From: an uncultured Bacilli bacterium
GTDB lineage: Bacteria > Bacillota_I > Bacilli_A > RF39 > UBA660
DNA length: 64,000 nucleotides
Reading direction: 5' to 3'
Assembly: GCA_947589105.1 (NCBI GenBank)
Contig: CANQBL010000004.1
Location: 898 to 64,897 of the forward strand
Within the stretch, counting starts at the first letter, position 1. Each line of letters begins with the position of its first letter. The notes beneath the pieces are model-generated. The model had not been told where the DNA came from and searched no databases. It saw only the letters and a list, made by a program, of their open reading frames with translations. The position numbers and the translations under genes were made by a program. This document shows positions 1-8,772 of the stretch, one piece after another.

Positions 1-323
1 TGCATTGATAAATCTATAAGCGAATTATAAGGAGTGTAAAAATTCCAATAGGCACGAAAAGATTTATATATTGTTGTAATTAAAAACATAATAAAAATAT
101 AAATAGTAGAATTTATAGTAGCACTTTTTCTTTTCTCACTTAATAATACAATTAGTGAAGTGCTAAACATCCAAAATCCAAATGTTTCTGAACTCCAATA
201 AGAAAAAGCCCATAAATCATTATTAGGAAATTCACAAAAAAATACTACTGATAACCCTGCTATTATACTTAATAAAAATATCAATAAATATGATTTAATA
301 TTATCTTTAAATACAACATTCAT
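1..323 (-). CDS. Membrane protein, C-terminus beyond window edge
   Basis: Own translation of the minus strand: ATG at 323-321 after a GAAAGAAAGG RBS gives MNVVFKDNIKSYLLIFLLSIIAGLSVVFF..., which is hydrophobic. It is absent from the ORF track because it is open at the window edge. Confidence 0.45.
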   Translation of the reverse strand, partial: MNVVFKDNIKSYLLIFLLSIIAGLSVVFFCEFPNNDLWAFSYWSSETFGFWMFSTSLIVLLSEKRKSATINSTIYIFIMFLITTIYKSFRAYWNFYTPYNSLIDLSM

Positions 324-369
324 ATTTTGCCTTTCTTTCTACTACAAATTACTATTTGTTTCATTAAAC

Positions 370-394
370 ATTATATCACAAAGTTAGTAAGTTT
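370..394 (-). promoter_or_regulatory. Promoter box copy A (minus strand AAACTTACTAACTTTGTGATATAAT, extended -10 TGATATAAT)
   Basis: Exact 25-nt match to the boxes at 20987-21013 and 22652-22677. It points toward the leftward membrane-protein gene. Confidence 0.5.
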
Positions 395-489
395 GATATA
401 CCATTAAAAAACATCTCATAGATTGAGATGTTAAAGAAAGTGAGTTTTTGGGTACTGCTAATTTACTACTAATACTACTTTATAATTTA

Positions 490-1014
490 CTACTTATTAC
501 TAACAACATTATATATTGTTGCTAAATCTAAAATTATCCAAAGAATGACTTTTTTTATTTCGTCTTCTTTTATTATGTTATGAATACAATATTTTTTAAT
601 ATTATCAATACTTATAGGTAATTCCAATTTTCTATCGTTTCTATTTAAAACTTTTGCAATTAGATCATAAGCGACTTCGTCAGCTTCTTCTTCGATAACT
701 TGGTATCTATCTTTGATTTCTTTTTCATCATTACTAATAAAATAGTTATAATCAAAGAATTCTAAAACATCATCGGTAACACGATCCAATTTTTTAATTT
801 CCTCATAATCAAATTTTTCTAATTTGGTTAAATATTCATTTATCAGAATTTCATAAGTATTGTTTTGTTCAACTTCTGGAAGTTGATCTATACTGCTAAA
901 CATATTAAATAAATTATAATGGTATTCAATGTTCATAATCTTTTTGATTTCGGTATCAAAATTGTTTGAAATAGTTTTTACATTTTCACGAAGATTTGAA
1001 TCTTGTACTTTCAT
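490..1014 (-). CDS. Hypothetical acidic protein, divergent from the XRE regulator
   Basis: 174-aa ORF with a GGAAGC-type RBS and no recognisable motif. Its position is typical of a switch-region partner gene. Confidence 0.6.
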   Translation of the reverse strand: MKVQDSNLRENVKTISNNFDTEIKKIMNIEYHYNLFNMFSSIDQLPEVEQNNTYEILINEYLTKLEKFDYEEIKKLDRVTDDVLEFFDYNYFISNDEKEIKDRYQVIEEEADEVAYDLIAKVLNRNDRKLELPISIDNIKKYCIHNIIKEDEIKKVILWIILDLATIYNVVSNK

Positions 1015-1141
1015 ATATAGCTTCCTTTCTATTTTTGTAAAAACTCACTTTCTAGCACTTTCATTTTTCGCCATTTTTCACTTTAAGTTTATTCTACAAT
1101 AGAACTTAACTTACTACATAGTGGATATGGTTGGAATCCAT

Positions 1142-1169
1142 AAAACTTATTACAATAATAGTAAGTTTT
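1142..1169. promoter_or_regulatory. Palindromic operator candidate AAAACTTATTA-N6-TAGTAAGTTTT
   Basis: 11-bp inverted arms with one mismatch, ending 10 nt upstream of the XRE start. The half-site is shared with the AAAACTTACTAAC promoter boxes. Confidence 0.45.
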
Positions 1170-1179
1170 ATGAAAGGGT

Positions 1180-1443
1180 GTGATGACAATTCAAATCACA
1201 AGTAATGCTCGACGTATTTTAGCTAACAATATTGTTTACTTTCGATTACAGAATGGTTGGTCCCAAGAAGATTTTGCAGATAAACTTGGAACTACACCTA
1301 TATATGTATCCAATCTTGAAAATGCTAAAAGAAACACAAGAATTGATTATGTCGATCACATAGCCAACGTACTAGGTGTTGATATAATGCAACTATTCGT
1401 AAAACGTGATCCAGTAGAAAATAAACGAATTCCTAGACGATAG
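1180..1443 (+). CDS. XRE-family helix-turn-helix transcriptional regulator
   Basis: NIVYFRLQNGWSQEDFADKLGTTPIYVSNLENAKRN is a classic Cro/C1 HTH. The true start is GTG 1180 or ATG 1183. Confidence 0.85.
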   Translation: MMTIQITSNARRILANNIVYFRLQNGWSQEDFADKLGTTPIYVSNLENAKRNTRIDYVDHIANVLGVDIMQLFVKRDPVENKRIPRR

Positions 1444-1468
1444 AATACTCTCTGTATTCTTTTTTTTA
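1442..1468 (+). terminator. Rho-independent terminator
   Basis: AGAATAC-TCTCT-GTATTCT perfect 7-bp stem followed by T8. Confidence 0.7.
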
Positions 1469-1578
1469 TGTGCCAAATTTATTATAACATCATTTAATAT
1501 CATTTTGACAAGTATTTTGCGTGGATATGTGGCTATTTACATTTTTAATTGATGAGATAATTATTTCGAGGTGGAATA

Positions 1579-1887
1579 ATGGCTTTACGCGAATTTGAAG
1601 AATTGCAAGAGTTAGTATCATCAGTAGATAAAAAAGCTATGTATATAACTATTTGCAAAAACATTAAGAAGTTTCGTGTTGAAAGATATGAGGAATTTAA
1701 AAAGCAAAATTCCCATACTACTATTAACCCATATTCAACGGAAAATATATCTGCTTTATTAGATTATAATCATAATCATTATAAAAGATTTGAAAGTGAA
1801 TCTGATACAACAAAGCAAATACCACTTGATAAGTTATTGAAGTTATCAATTATATTAAACAAAAAAGTTGATGATTTCTTAAAATAA
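1579..1887 (+). CDS. Hypothetical protein, possible divergent HTH regulator
   Basis: 102-aa ORF with a GAGGTGG RBS. The ICKNIKKFRVER...IPLDKLLKLSIILNKKVDDFL layout resembles an XRE-type fold. Confidence 0.5.
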   Translation: MALREFEELQELVSSVDKKAMYITICKNIKKFRVERYEEFKKQNSHTTINPYSTENISALLDYNHNHYKRFESESDTTKQIPLDKLLKLSIILNKKVDDFLK

Positions 1888-2112
1888 TTTTTCTATACGA
1901 AACGAGAAAAGAGTACACTCTCTTTTTATTTTATTAAATTTTTAATAATAAAATTACTAATAAAAAATTAAGTACCCTTTTCAATAGACCATTATCCATT
2001 AAAGTATCTTTTTTAAAAATGCTAGTGTTTACAAGTGTTTAACAAGATTTAATCAGACATTTTAAGCGTTATTTTTAAGACATTTCTTCCTAATTGACTA
2101 TAAACAATGGCA

Positions 2113-2357
2113 TGATATAATATAGTAAAATACGAAATAAATGTATCCAATGGACGTTACCGATCGGTAGCGTTTTTTCGTATTTTTTCATTATTTTAAG
2201 TGTTTTTTTACTTGAAACGCTTGATTTTTGGGAATTTTTGGTATATTATAAACAGCAAAATTTAGTTATATGTTGTTTATAATGTTAAGGAAGTAGTACG
2301 TATCCTTTATGTTAAGGCAAATTACGACCTTAACGGACGACGACTACTTCCTTTTTT
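2113..2357 (+). promoter_or_regulatory. Extended -10 promoter (TGATATAAT 2113-2121) plus a structured leader with two terminator-like hairpins
   Basis: First hairpin at 2129-2184 (AATACGAAA/TTTCGTATT outer stem, ACGTTACC-GATC-GGTAGCGT inner stem) followed by a T-run. Second hairpin at 2289-2351 (GGAAGTAGT/ACTACTTCC) followed by T6, directly before the RBS of the 2370 ORF. Confidence 0.5.
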
Positions 2358-2369
2358 AGGGGGTATCGT

Positions 2370-2573
2370 ATGAGTCTATATCTTAACTTTATGAATTGGA
2401 TTGTAGTATTGTTGAGAAGAAAACAAACAATGGCTTTTTACCCCCAAAAAGCAAGTAAACAAAAAGAAAGCACTTATCTTGATGAAAGGACGTTATTCGC
2501 TCTAAACAATTTTATTGTTTGGAAAGGAATACGTCCTTTTCTATTGGATACTAGACTGGGGGAAGAATTATGA
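2370..2573 (+). CDS. Hypothetical small protein
   Basis: 67-aa ORF behind an AGGGGG RBS, with an ATGA overlap onto the next gene. Confidence 0.5.
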   Translation: MSLYLNFMNWIVVLLRRKQTMAFYPQKASKQKESTYLDERTLFALNNFIVWKGIRPFLLDTRLGEEL

Positions 2574-3025
2574 ACAATACTTTACTTGGAAAGGACGAGC
2601 TATCTTTATATGACTACGTCAAATTAAGAAACATTATACTAGATATTTTCAAATTGTTTAAATATCTAAAAAGGACTGATGACAAAATATCGATACCGAA
2701 AATTACTTGTGATTATCGTGTTAGATATGAACAGTTTATTCCTGTCAAAACATCAGTTGTTGAAAATTGTGTTTTAAAAAATTTGATGTTGGAAACTAGA
2801 CTTGAAAATAAACGACGTCAATTACTTTCAAAAGTAACACTAGCTTTAAGAAAGTTAAATGATTTAGAAATGCAAGTTTTTGATCTTACTTTCTACAAAT
2901 GTGTTAGTGAAGATGAAATTCTTGACGCGGTTAATTATGGTAAAGACAAAGTTCGTGAAATAAGAAAAAGTGCTTGTATTAAGTTTGTATCTGCTCTCGG
3001 TTTAGATTATATGTGCTTTAAATAG
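2570..3025 (+). CDS. ArpU / sigma-70 region-4-like transcriptional regulator
   Basis: C-terminal LNDLEMQVFDLTFYKCVSEDEILDAVNYGKDKVREIRKSACIKF resembles a sigma region-4 HTH. Its size and position resemble the Tn916 orf7 / ArpU family. Confidence 0.6.
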   Translation: MNNTLLGKDELSLYDYVKLRNIILDIFKLFKYLKRTDDKISIPKITCDYRVRYEQFIPVKTSVVENCVLKNLMLETRLENKRRQLLSKVTLALRKLNDLEMQVFDLTFYKCVSEDEILDAVNYGKDKVREIRKSACIKFVSALGLDYMCFK

Positions 3026-3090
3026 GTGTCGCAAGACATCTTTTTTAATGCACTAAAAGAAAGTGAGGTGTTAAAAGAAATTTAAAATAT

Positions 3091-3612
3091 TTGTACTATA
3101 AGAATTCAAGGGGGTTGGTTTTTATAGATAGAGTTAAACAGATCATAAAGTTATTTGAAGAAAGTTCCAGAGAAGATATTGGAATAGCTTTATTTGCTTA
3201 TGAACAATTTTTATGTAAAGGTTTAAAAGTAAATAATACAGATTTAGATCGACTAAAAAAAGTTTTTAATTACTACGATGAGAATTATAGCGATGAATAT
3301 CCTAGTCTTACAAATGAGGCATTACAAAATTGTCATAATTTAATTTGTAATTACTTTGGCGATTCGATAGAAAAAGACGGTTATCGATTTAATATTGGAC
3401 TAGGATCTAAATATCGTGATGTTACTTCTTTTAATGTTGAAGTATCTGACAATAATAATGGTCTTGTTGAAATGAATTATGTTTGTAAAGTCAACAATGA
3501 TCCGAATTATAAAAATGATAGTTTCAATACTATGTATAAAGCATGTGAAGAAGTAAAAAAACAAATAGATCAAAAAGACATTAAGAGTATGCTTGATACT
3601 TTTACACTATAA
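3091..3612 (+). CDS. Hypothetical protein (start uncertain; possibly ATA at 3124)
   Basis: The ORF is open from 3091. The only strong RBS (AAGGGGG, 3108-3114) is internal to the track ORF and is followed by an in-frame ATA at 3124. Confidence 0.6.
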   Translation: MYYKNSRGLVFIDRVKQIIKLFEESSREDIGIALFAYEQFLCKGLKVNNTDLDRLKKVFNYYDENYSDEYPSLTNEALQNCHNLICNYFGDSIEKDGYRFNIGLGSKYRDVTSFNVEVSDNNNGLVEMNYVCKVNNDPNYKNDSFNTMYKACEEVKKQIDQKDIKSMLDTFTL

Positions 3613-3630
3613 GGGGGTTGATTGTTATAA

Positions 3631-3870
3631 ATGGAATCTATACTTAATCAAATATTAAATTTAATAAATGACGCAACAAGTTATTTAAAAATGTTCGTGG
3701 CTGGTGCTACGGGCTTTTTTGTTTTAAAAGATTGTATTTTTTATATGGTAGCTTCAGAGGATCATCAAAAAGCTGCTTCACTTCGTAGAATTAAAACAAC
3801 TTTAATAGCTGGTGTTGCTGTATTTTTAGTAGTTCAATTTGTTAACTGGATACTAACTTACTTTAAATAA
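3631..3870 (+). CDS. Small two-TM membrane protein (possible pilin-like/Maff2-type T4SS component)
   Basis: 79 aa with two hydrophobic helices, located early in the transfer operon. Confidence 0.5.
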   Translation: MESILNQILNLINDATSYLKMFVAGATGFFVLKDCIFYMVASEDHQKAASLRRIKTTLIAGVAVFLVVQFVNWILTYFK

Positions 3871-3875
3871 TATTT

Positions 3876-4148
3876 ATGGATCAATACAAATTAGTTAAAG
3901 AAATTATAAAAACGTGCAAATATTTTAAAATAATGGAAGACGAAACTGATAATAATTTAGTTCAAAAAAAGATAATTGACGGTTTAGATGATATTATCTT
4001 TGTTGAAAATTTACTCAATATTTTTTATCAAAAAATGAGATTAAAAAGATTTCAACATACATTAGATAAAAGTCGTTTAAAAAGACTTTTAATTGAATTA
4101 GAAAAAATAAGATTAAATTTAGAATTTAAGGGGGTTTATAATGCTTAA
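3876..4148 (+). CDS. Hypothetical protein
   Basis: 90-aa ORF that overlaps the next gene start. Confidence 0.55.
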   Translation: MDQYKLVKEIIKTCKYFKIMEDETDNNLVQKKIIDGLDDIIFVENLLNIFYQKMRLKRFQHTLDKSRLKRLLIELEKIRLNLEFKGVYNA

Positions 4149-4473
4149 TGAAATTACTTTAATTGGGAGAGTTACTCATGATTTTATTTTTGAAGAAAAA
4201 AACGGAAAAAAGATTGCAAAGAATACATTAGCTATTTCTAGGTCATTTAAAAATAAAAACGGTATATATGAAACTGATTTTATTCCATTTACTTTATTTA
4301 ATCAAATGGCGGTAAGTTCTTCTGAATATGTTAAAAAAGGCGATCTTATAGGAATTAAGGGATCATTAAATTGTTATAAAAATAATCTTCAAATCAATGT
4401 AGAAAAAATATCTTTTTTGTCTAGTAATATCAAAAAAGAAGAAAAAAACGAAGAAATTGACAAAAAACTATAA
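4141..4473 (+). CDS. Single-stranded DNA-binding (OB-fold) protein
   Basis: MLNEITLIGRVTHDF...FIPFTLFNQMA...GDLIGIKGSL follows the SSB pattern, with an acidic K/E-rich tail. Confidence 0.7.
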   Translation: MLNEITLIGRVTHDFIFEEKNGKKIAKNTLAISRSFKNKNGIYETDFIPFTLFNQMAVSSSEYVKKGDLIGIKGSLNCYKNNLQINVEKISFLSSNIKKEEKNEEIDKKL

Positions 4474-4488
4474 AAATTTTCAATTTAG

Positions 4489-4520
4489 GCGCTGTATTTT
4501 TTATAAAAGCGCGTTATTAT
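4489..4520 (+). promoter_or_regulatory. GCGC-box promoter copy 1 (GCGCTG-N14-AGCGCGT-TATTAT)
   Basis: CTGTAT -35, 17-nt spacer, TATTAT -10. Two GCGC motifs lie exactly 20 bp apart. Copies 2 and 3 are at 24320 and 24878. Confidence 0.5.
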
Positions 4521-4548
4521 TCATTTAAAGAAGAAAGGACGTGCTTAT

Positions 4549-5175
4549 ATGTTAAAGAAATGTTTAAAAATTTTTACAATAATTTTATTGATCGGTTTTA
4601 TAGGTGTTTTTGTTAGAGGATATATTTATCAAGATAGTAAATCTAAAACGGAAGATAAATCTTTAATATCTGATACATCACAAAAACAAACAATAATTTA
4701 TGAAGAAAGTATTGATTCTATTTTAAAAAATGAAACTGATGATAAAAAAACAAGTAATGATACTATAACCGAAAACAATCAAGAACAATCTAGTTCACAA
4801 AAAAATAATAATCAAAATAAAAATAATAATGCTGCTACAAAAAAAGATAATAATTCTAATTCCAAAACTACTTCTAGTAATAATCAAAATACAACATCAC
4901 AATCAGTACCTACTCCAAGTGTTGTGGAAACACCAAGAGTAGAAACTCCGAAAAGTTGTACTCCTAAAAAGTTTGATATGAGTTTTGTAAGAGCTGACTT
5001 TTCTTCTCATGCTGAATGTGATAGTGTTGGAACAAAATATAAAAATGCTGGATATGGTTATTTTTGCGATTATTATCAAGATGATTGCGGGGATACCTAT
5101 TATATGCTGACGATATATGAACGAAATACGGGAAAAGAATTTGACTATCATACTATACAAATACCTAACGAATAG
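4549..5175 (+). CDS. Secreted/membrane-anchored protein with an N/S/T-rich linker and a Cys-rich C-terminal domain
   Basis: N-terminal TM/signal (IFTIILLIGFIGVFV), low-complexity NNNQNKNNN tract, C-terminal domain with 4 Cys. Confidence 0.6.
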   Translation: MLKKCLKIFTIILLIGFIGVFVRGYIYQDSKSKTEDKSLISDTSQKQTIIYEESIDSILKNETDDKKTSNDTITENNQEQSSSQKNNNQNKNNNAATKKDNNSNSKTTSSNNQNTTSQSVPTPSVVETPRVETPKSCTPKKFDMSFVRADFSSHAECDSVGTKYKNAGYGYFCDYYQDDCGDTYYMLTIYERNTGKEFDYHTIQIPNE

Positions 5176-5211
5176 GTATTTTTTTTGTGGCAATTTAAAG
5201 GGGGTATAAAA

Positions 5212-7938
5212 TTGAAAGGAAAATTAAAATATTTATTACTTTTATTAGCTATGGTTGCAATTAGTCCTATTTCAAAAGTACAAGCTGCAACTTATCAAGA
5301 ACAATTTAACGATAAGTATATGTGGATACCTAACACTTATGTTAGTAAGAAAGAATCTAACGGTCGAGTTCATTATCAACAATTAACAATGATTACTAGA
5401 AAAAGTGATAATCAATTTGTTTATTGTATTGAGCCCGGTACACCATTAGATCCAAACGAAACTTATACAGGCCAAGACTACGATCAATCTTATGTCTCAA
5501 ACATGACACAAGCTCAATGGCGTAGAATTCAATTACTAGCTTACTATGGATATGGTTATAGTGATAGTTCAGTAGATCATTCAGACTTAAAATGGTATAG
5601 TGTTACCCAAGTAATGATTTGGCAAACAGTACCACATGGTATGGATATTTACTTTACTGACACATTAAATGGAAATAAAATTACTCGTTATACATCAGAA
5701 ATGCAAGAAATGGAAAATTTACTTTCTCAACACTATACTACACCAGATTTTGGATCAACTAACTTTGATATGGTTGTTGGAAATACATTAAAATTAACTG
5801 ATAGTAATAATGTATTGTCAAAATATGCTGTATCAAGTAATGATTATATTACTGCTTCAAAAAGTGGAAATGAATTACACTTAACTGCAAAAAATGTTGG
5901 AAATACATCTCTTTCATTAACTAAAAAAGATGTTAAATATTCACACCCAACTATTGTATATGTTAAGCCCGGAACACAAGATTTGGTACAAGTTGGTAGT
6001 TATGATCCAATCGACACAGTTATAAATATTAACATAGTTGGTGGAAAAATTGCTATCAATAAAGTAGATAATGATACTGGTCTTTCTACTCCACAAGGCG
6101 AGGCAACTTTAAAAGGTGCTGTTTATGGGGTATATCAAGAAGACGGTACTTATGTAACTCAAATTGTAACTGATGAAAACGGATATGCACAAAGTGGTTA
6201 TCTTCCAAGTTTAGGTAGATTCTATTTACAAGAAATCACACCAAGTAAGGGATATGAATTAGATCATCAAAAATATTATTTTGATTTAAAAACTGAAAAT
6301 TTATATCCAACAATTCAAGTACAAGAAAAAGTTATTGAAAGAGAATATCGTATTACAAAAGTAGTAGCTTCTGATAAGACACAAATAATGACACCAGAGC
6401 CAAATGTTCAATTTGGTATTTATGATAGAAACAATCATCTTATTAAAACACTTACTACTGATGATGAGGGTAAAATTACTTTCACACTTCCTTATGGTAA
6501 ATATATTTTAAGACAACTTACTACAACTAGCGGTTTTGAAAAGATAAAAGACTATGAATTTGAAATAAAAGAATCTGGTCCAACTATCAATAAAGTATTT
6601 TCAAATGCTGAAATAACTGCAAGAATTAAAGTAGTAAAAGTAGATCAAGACGGTAATATCATCACAAGAGCTGGTATTAGATTTAAAATTAAAGATCTTT
6701 CTACTGGTAAATATGTTTGCCAAACAGTAGCTTATCCTAATCATACGACTTATTGTGAATTTGAAACAGATGAGAACGGTGTTTTAATTACACCATATCC
6801 TTTAAACTCTGGTAATTATCAACTTGAAGAAGTAGATCAAGTTATCGACGGTTATGTTTGGAATTCTACACCTTTAAAATTCTCTATCAATGAAAATTCT
6901 GATATTAAAAGTACAGAAGACTTTGACGCCATTCTTGAATTAAGATTTGCTAATCAAGAAGTTAAAGGTAGTATTGAAATTCAAAAGACTGGCGAAAAAG
7001 TTGTTATTGAAGACGGTAAGTTTACTTATGTTGAAGTACCACTTCCAAATGTTGTCTTTGGTTTATACGATGAATCTGGTAATTTAGTAGGAAAATATAC
7101 TACTGATGAAAACGGATATATCAAAATTGAAAATTTAAAACTTGGTAAATACGTTTTAAAAGAATTAGAAACTGTTGACGGTTTCGTACTTGATGAAAAG
7201 TCTTATGATATTGAATTAAAATATAAAGATCAATATACACCTATTGTTACAGAAACATTTACTTTAAAAAATTATCTTGAAAAAGGTAATTTAGAATTTT
7301 CTAAAAAAGATTTAACATCTGGAAAAGAAATACCAAATGTTAAGGTTGAAGTATATACTGAAAATGATGAGCTTATTTTTACTGGTGTAACTGATGAGAA
7401 CGGTAAAATTGTTATCGAAGATTTATTCGTTGGTAAATTTTATATTGTAGAAACGGAAGCTGCAACAGGTTATCGTTTAAGTGATGAAAAGGTATATTTT
7501 GAAATTTTAGAAAATGGCGAAATAGTAAAAGCCGAAATGACTAACGAAAAATTTAAAGGATCATTAGACTTCACAAAAGAAAGTTTTGCTGGCGACGCTC
7601 TACCAAATACTCTAATTGAAATTTATAATGCTGAAACTGACGAGTTAGTTTTCTCTGGAAGAACTGATGAGAACGGTAAAATTGTTATTGAAGAATTAGA
7701 ATATGGTAAGTATTACATCTTGGAAAAAGAGGCACCAGAGGGTTATCTATTAAACGAAGAAAAAATGTTCTTTGAAATTTTAGAAGACGGTCAAATCGTT
7801 AAAGCTGTGATGAAAGATGAAAAAATAGAAATGCCTAAAACATTCAATACTGATTTAATTAGTATGTTTGTTATTGGTGGTACTGCACTAGCTGGGGTTG
7901 GTTTATTACTATATGCTAAAAAAAGAAAAGAAAAATAA
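5212..7938 (+). CDS. Cell-wall-anchored adhesin: N-terminal thioester (TED/TQXA) domain plus ~8 Cna-B/SpaA-type repeats
   Basis: Signal peptide; VYCIE (Cys at 5425-5427) and VTQVMIW (Gln at 5608-5610) motifs. Repeated TDENG...L..GKY.L.E...GY modules. C-terminal MPKTF + TM + KKRKEK sorting signal. The likely start is TTG 5212, 7 nt after AAAGGGGG (the track starts at 5185). Confidence 0.85.
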   Translation: MKGKLKYLLLLLAMVAISPISKVQAATYQEQFNDKYMWIPNTYVSKKESNGRVHYQQLTMITRKSDNQFVYCIEPGTPLDPNETYTGQDYDQSYVSNMTQAQWRRIQLLAYYGYGYSDSSVDHSDLKWYSVTQVMIWQTVPHGMDIYFTDTLNGNKITRYTSEMQEMENLLSQHYTTPDFGSTNFDMVVGNTLKLTDSNNVLSKYAVSSNDYITASKSGNELHLTAKNVGNTSLSLTKKDVKYSHPTIVYVKPGTQDLVQVGSYDPIDTVININIVGGKIAINKVDNDTGLSTPQGEATLKGAVYGVYQEDGTYVTQIVTDENGYAQSGYLPSLGRFYLQEITPSKGYELDHQKYYFDLKTENLYPTIQVQEKVIEREYRITKVVASDKTQIMTPEPNVQFGIYDRNNHLIKTLTTDDEGKITFTLPYGKYILRQLTTTSGFEKIKDYEFEIKESGPTINKVFSNAEITARIKVVKVDQDGNIITRAGIRFKIKDLSTGKYVCQTVAYPNHTTYCEFETDENGVLITPYPLNSGNYQLEEVDQVIDGYVWNSTPLKFSINENSDIKSTEDFDAILELRFANQEVKGSIEIQKTGEKVVIEDGKFTYVEVPLPNVVFGLYDESGNLVGKYTTDENGYIKIENLKLGKYVLKELETVDGFVLDEKSYDIELKYKDQYTPIVTETFTLKNYLEKGNLEFSKKDLTSGKEIPNVKVEVYTENDELIFTGVTDENGKIVIEDLFVGKFYIVETEAATGYRLSDEKVYFEILENGEIVKAEMTNEKFKGSLDFTKESFAGDALPNTLIEIYNAETDELVFSGRTDENGKIVIEELEYGKYYILEKEAPEGYLLNEEKMFFEILEDGQIVKAVMKDEKIEMPKTFNTDLISMFVIGGTALAGVGLLLYAKKRKEK

Positions 7939-8536
7939 TTTTATAAAGATTATAGGGTTGATTTTGATATTGGGATCAGCCCTTTATTCTTTTTATTTTG
8001 TCTATGAAAAATATAAAGATAAACAAGTTACTGAACAAATAATTGATGAAATATTTAACAACGAAATTGATTCTAATAATGAAGAACAACAAGTCGAAGA
8101 AACACCTATTGAGGAAACACCCAAAAAACAAGCTGACATTGTTTTAACTAACAATTATCTTGGATATATTGAATTATCAAATTATGGAATAAAAAGACTA
8201 ATTACTACTGGAACGGATAAAGCTACTCTTGATAAAGGGTTAGTTGGTACATTAAAGACTTCTGCTAATCTTGATGATGAAGTTGGAAATGTTATTTTAG
8301 CCGGTCATAGTACAAGTAATGTATTTCAAAACTTACATTATACAAAGATTGGGGATCAAATTAAAATTGTTACACATCAAAAAACATATTTATATGTAAT
8401 TACTGAAAGGCATACTATTTCTGATAATGATATGTCATATTTTAAAAAAGTTACTAATAAAAAAATTTTAACTCTTGTTACTTGTAAAAGTAATAATAAA
8501 CAACGTCTTATTGTTGTTGCTGAATTAAGGGGGTAA
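7913..8536 (+). CDS. Sortase (transpeptidase) dedicated to the adjacent adhesin
   Basis: N-terminal TM, LAGHS catalytic His, TLVTC catalytic Cys, RLIVVAELR Arg. Confidence 0.85.
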   Translation: MLKKEKKNNFIKIIGLILILGSALYSFYFVYEKYKDKQVTEQIIDEIFNNEIDSNNEEQQVEETPIEETPKKQADIVLTNNYLGYIELSNYGIKRLITTGTDKATLDKGLVGTLKTSANLDDEVGNVILAGHSTSNVFQNLHYTKIGDQIKIVTHQKTYLYVITERHTISDNDMSYFKKVTNKKILTLVTCKSNNKQRLIVVAELRG

Positions 8537-8559
8537 TAAAAATAAAAAGGTATAATACA

Positions 8560-8772
8560 ATGTTTAAATTTTGCATTACAAAAAAATTAAAAAATGATAT
8601 AAAAAGAAGATCCAGAGAATTAGATATTTCTATGTCTGATTATGTTAGAACACTTATTAAAAAAGATCTTACAGAAAATAAGATCGTAAATAATACAATG
8701 GATCATGATAAAAACTTATATGATGTTAATAATTTTAATAAAAAACTATCTGGATATTATACGAGGTTATAA
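8560..8772 (+). CDS. Small ribbon-helix-helix-like protein
   Basis: KRRSRELDISMSDYVRTLIKKDL resembles a CopG/RHH DNA-binding motif. Confidence 0.45.
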   Translation: MFKFCITKKLKNDIKRRSRELDISMSDYVRTLIKKDLTENKIVNNTMDHDKNLYDVNNFNKKLSGYYTRL

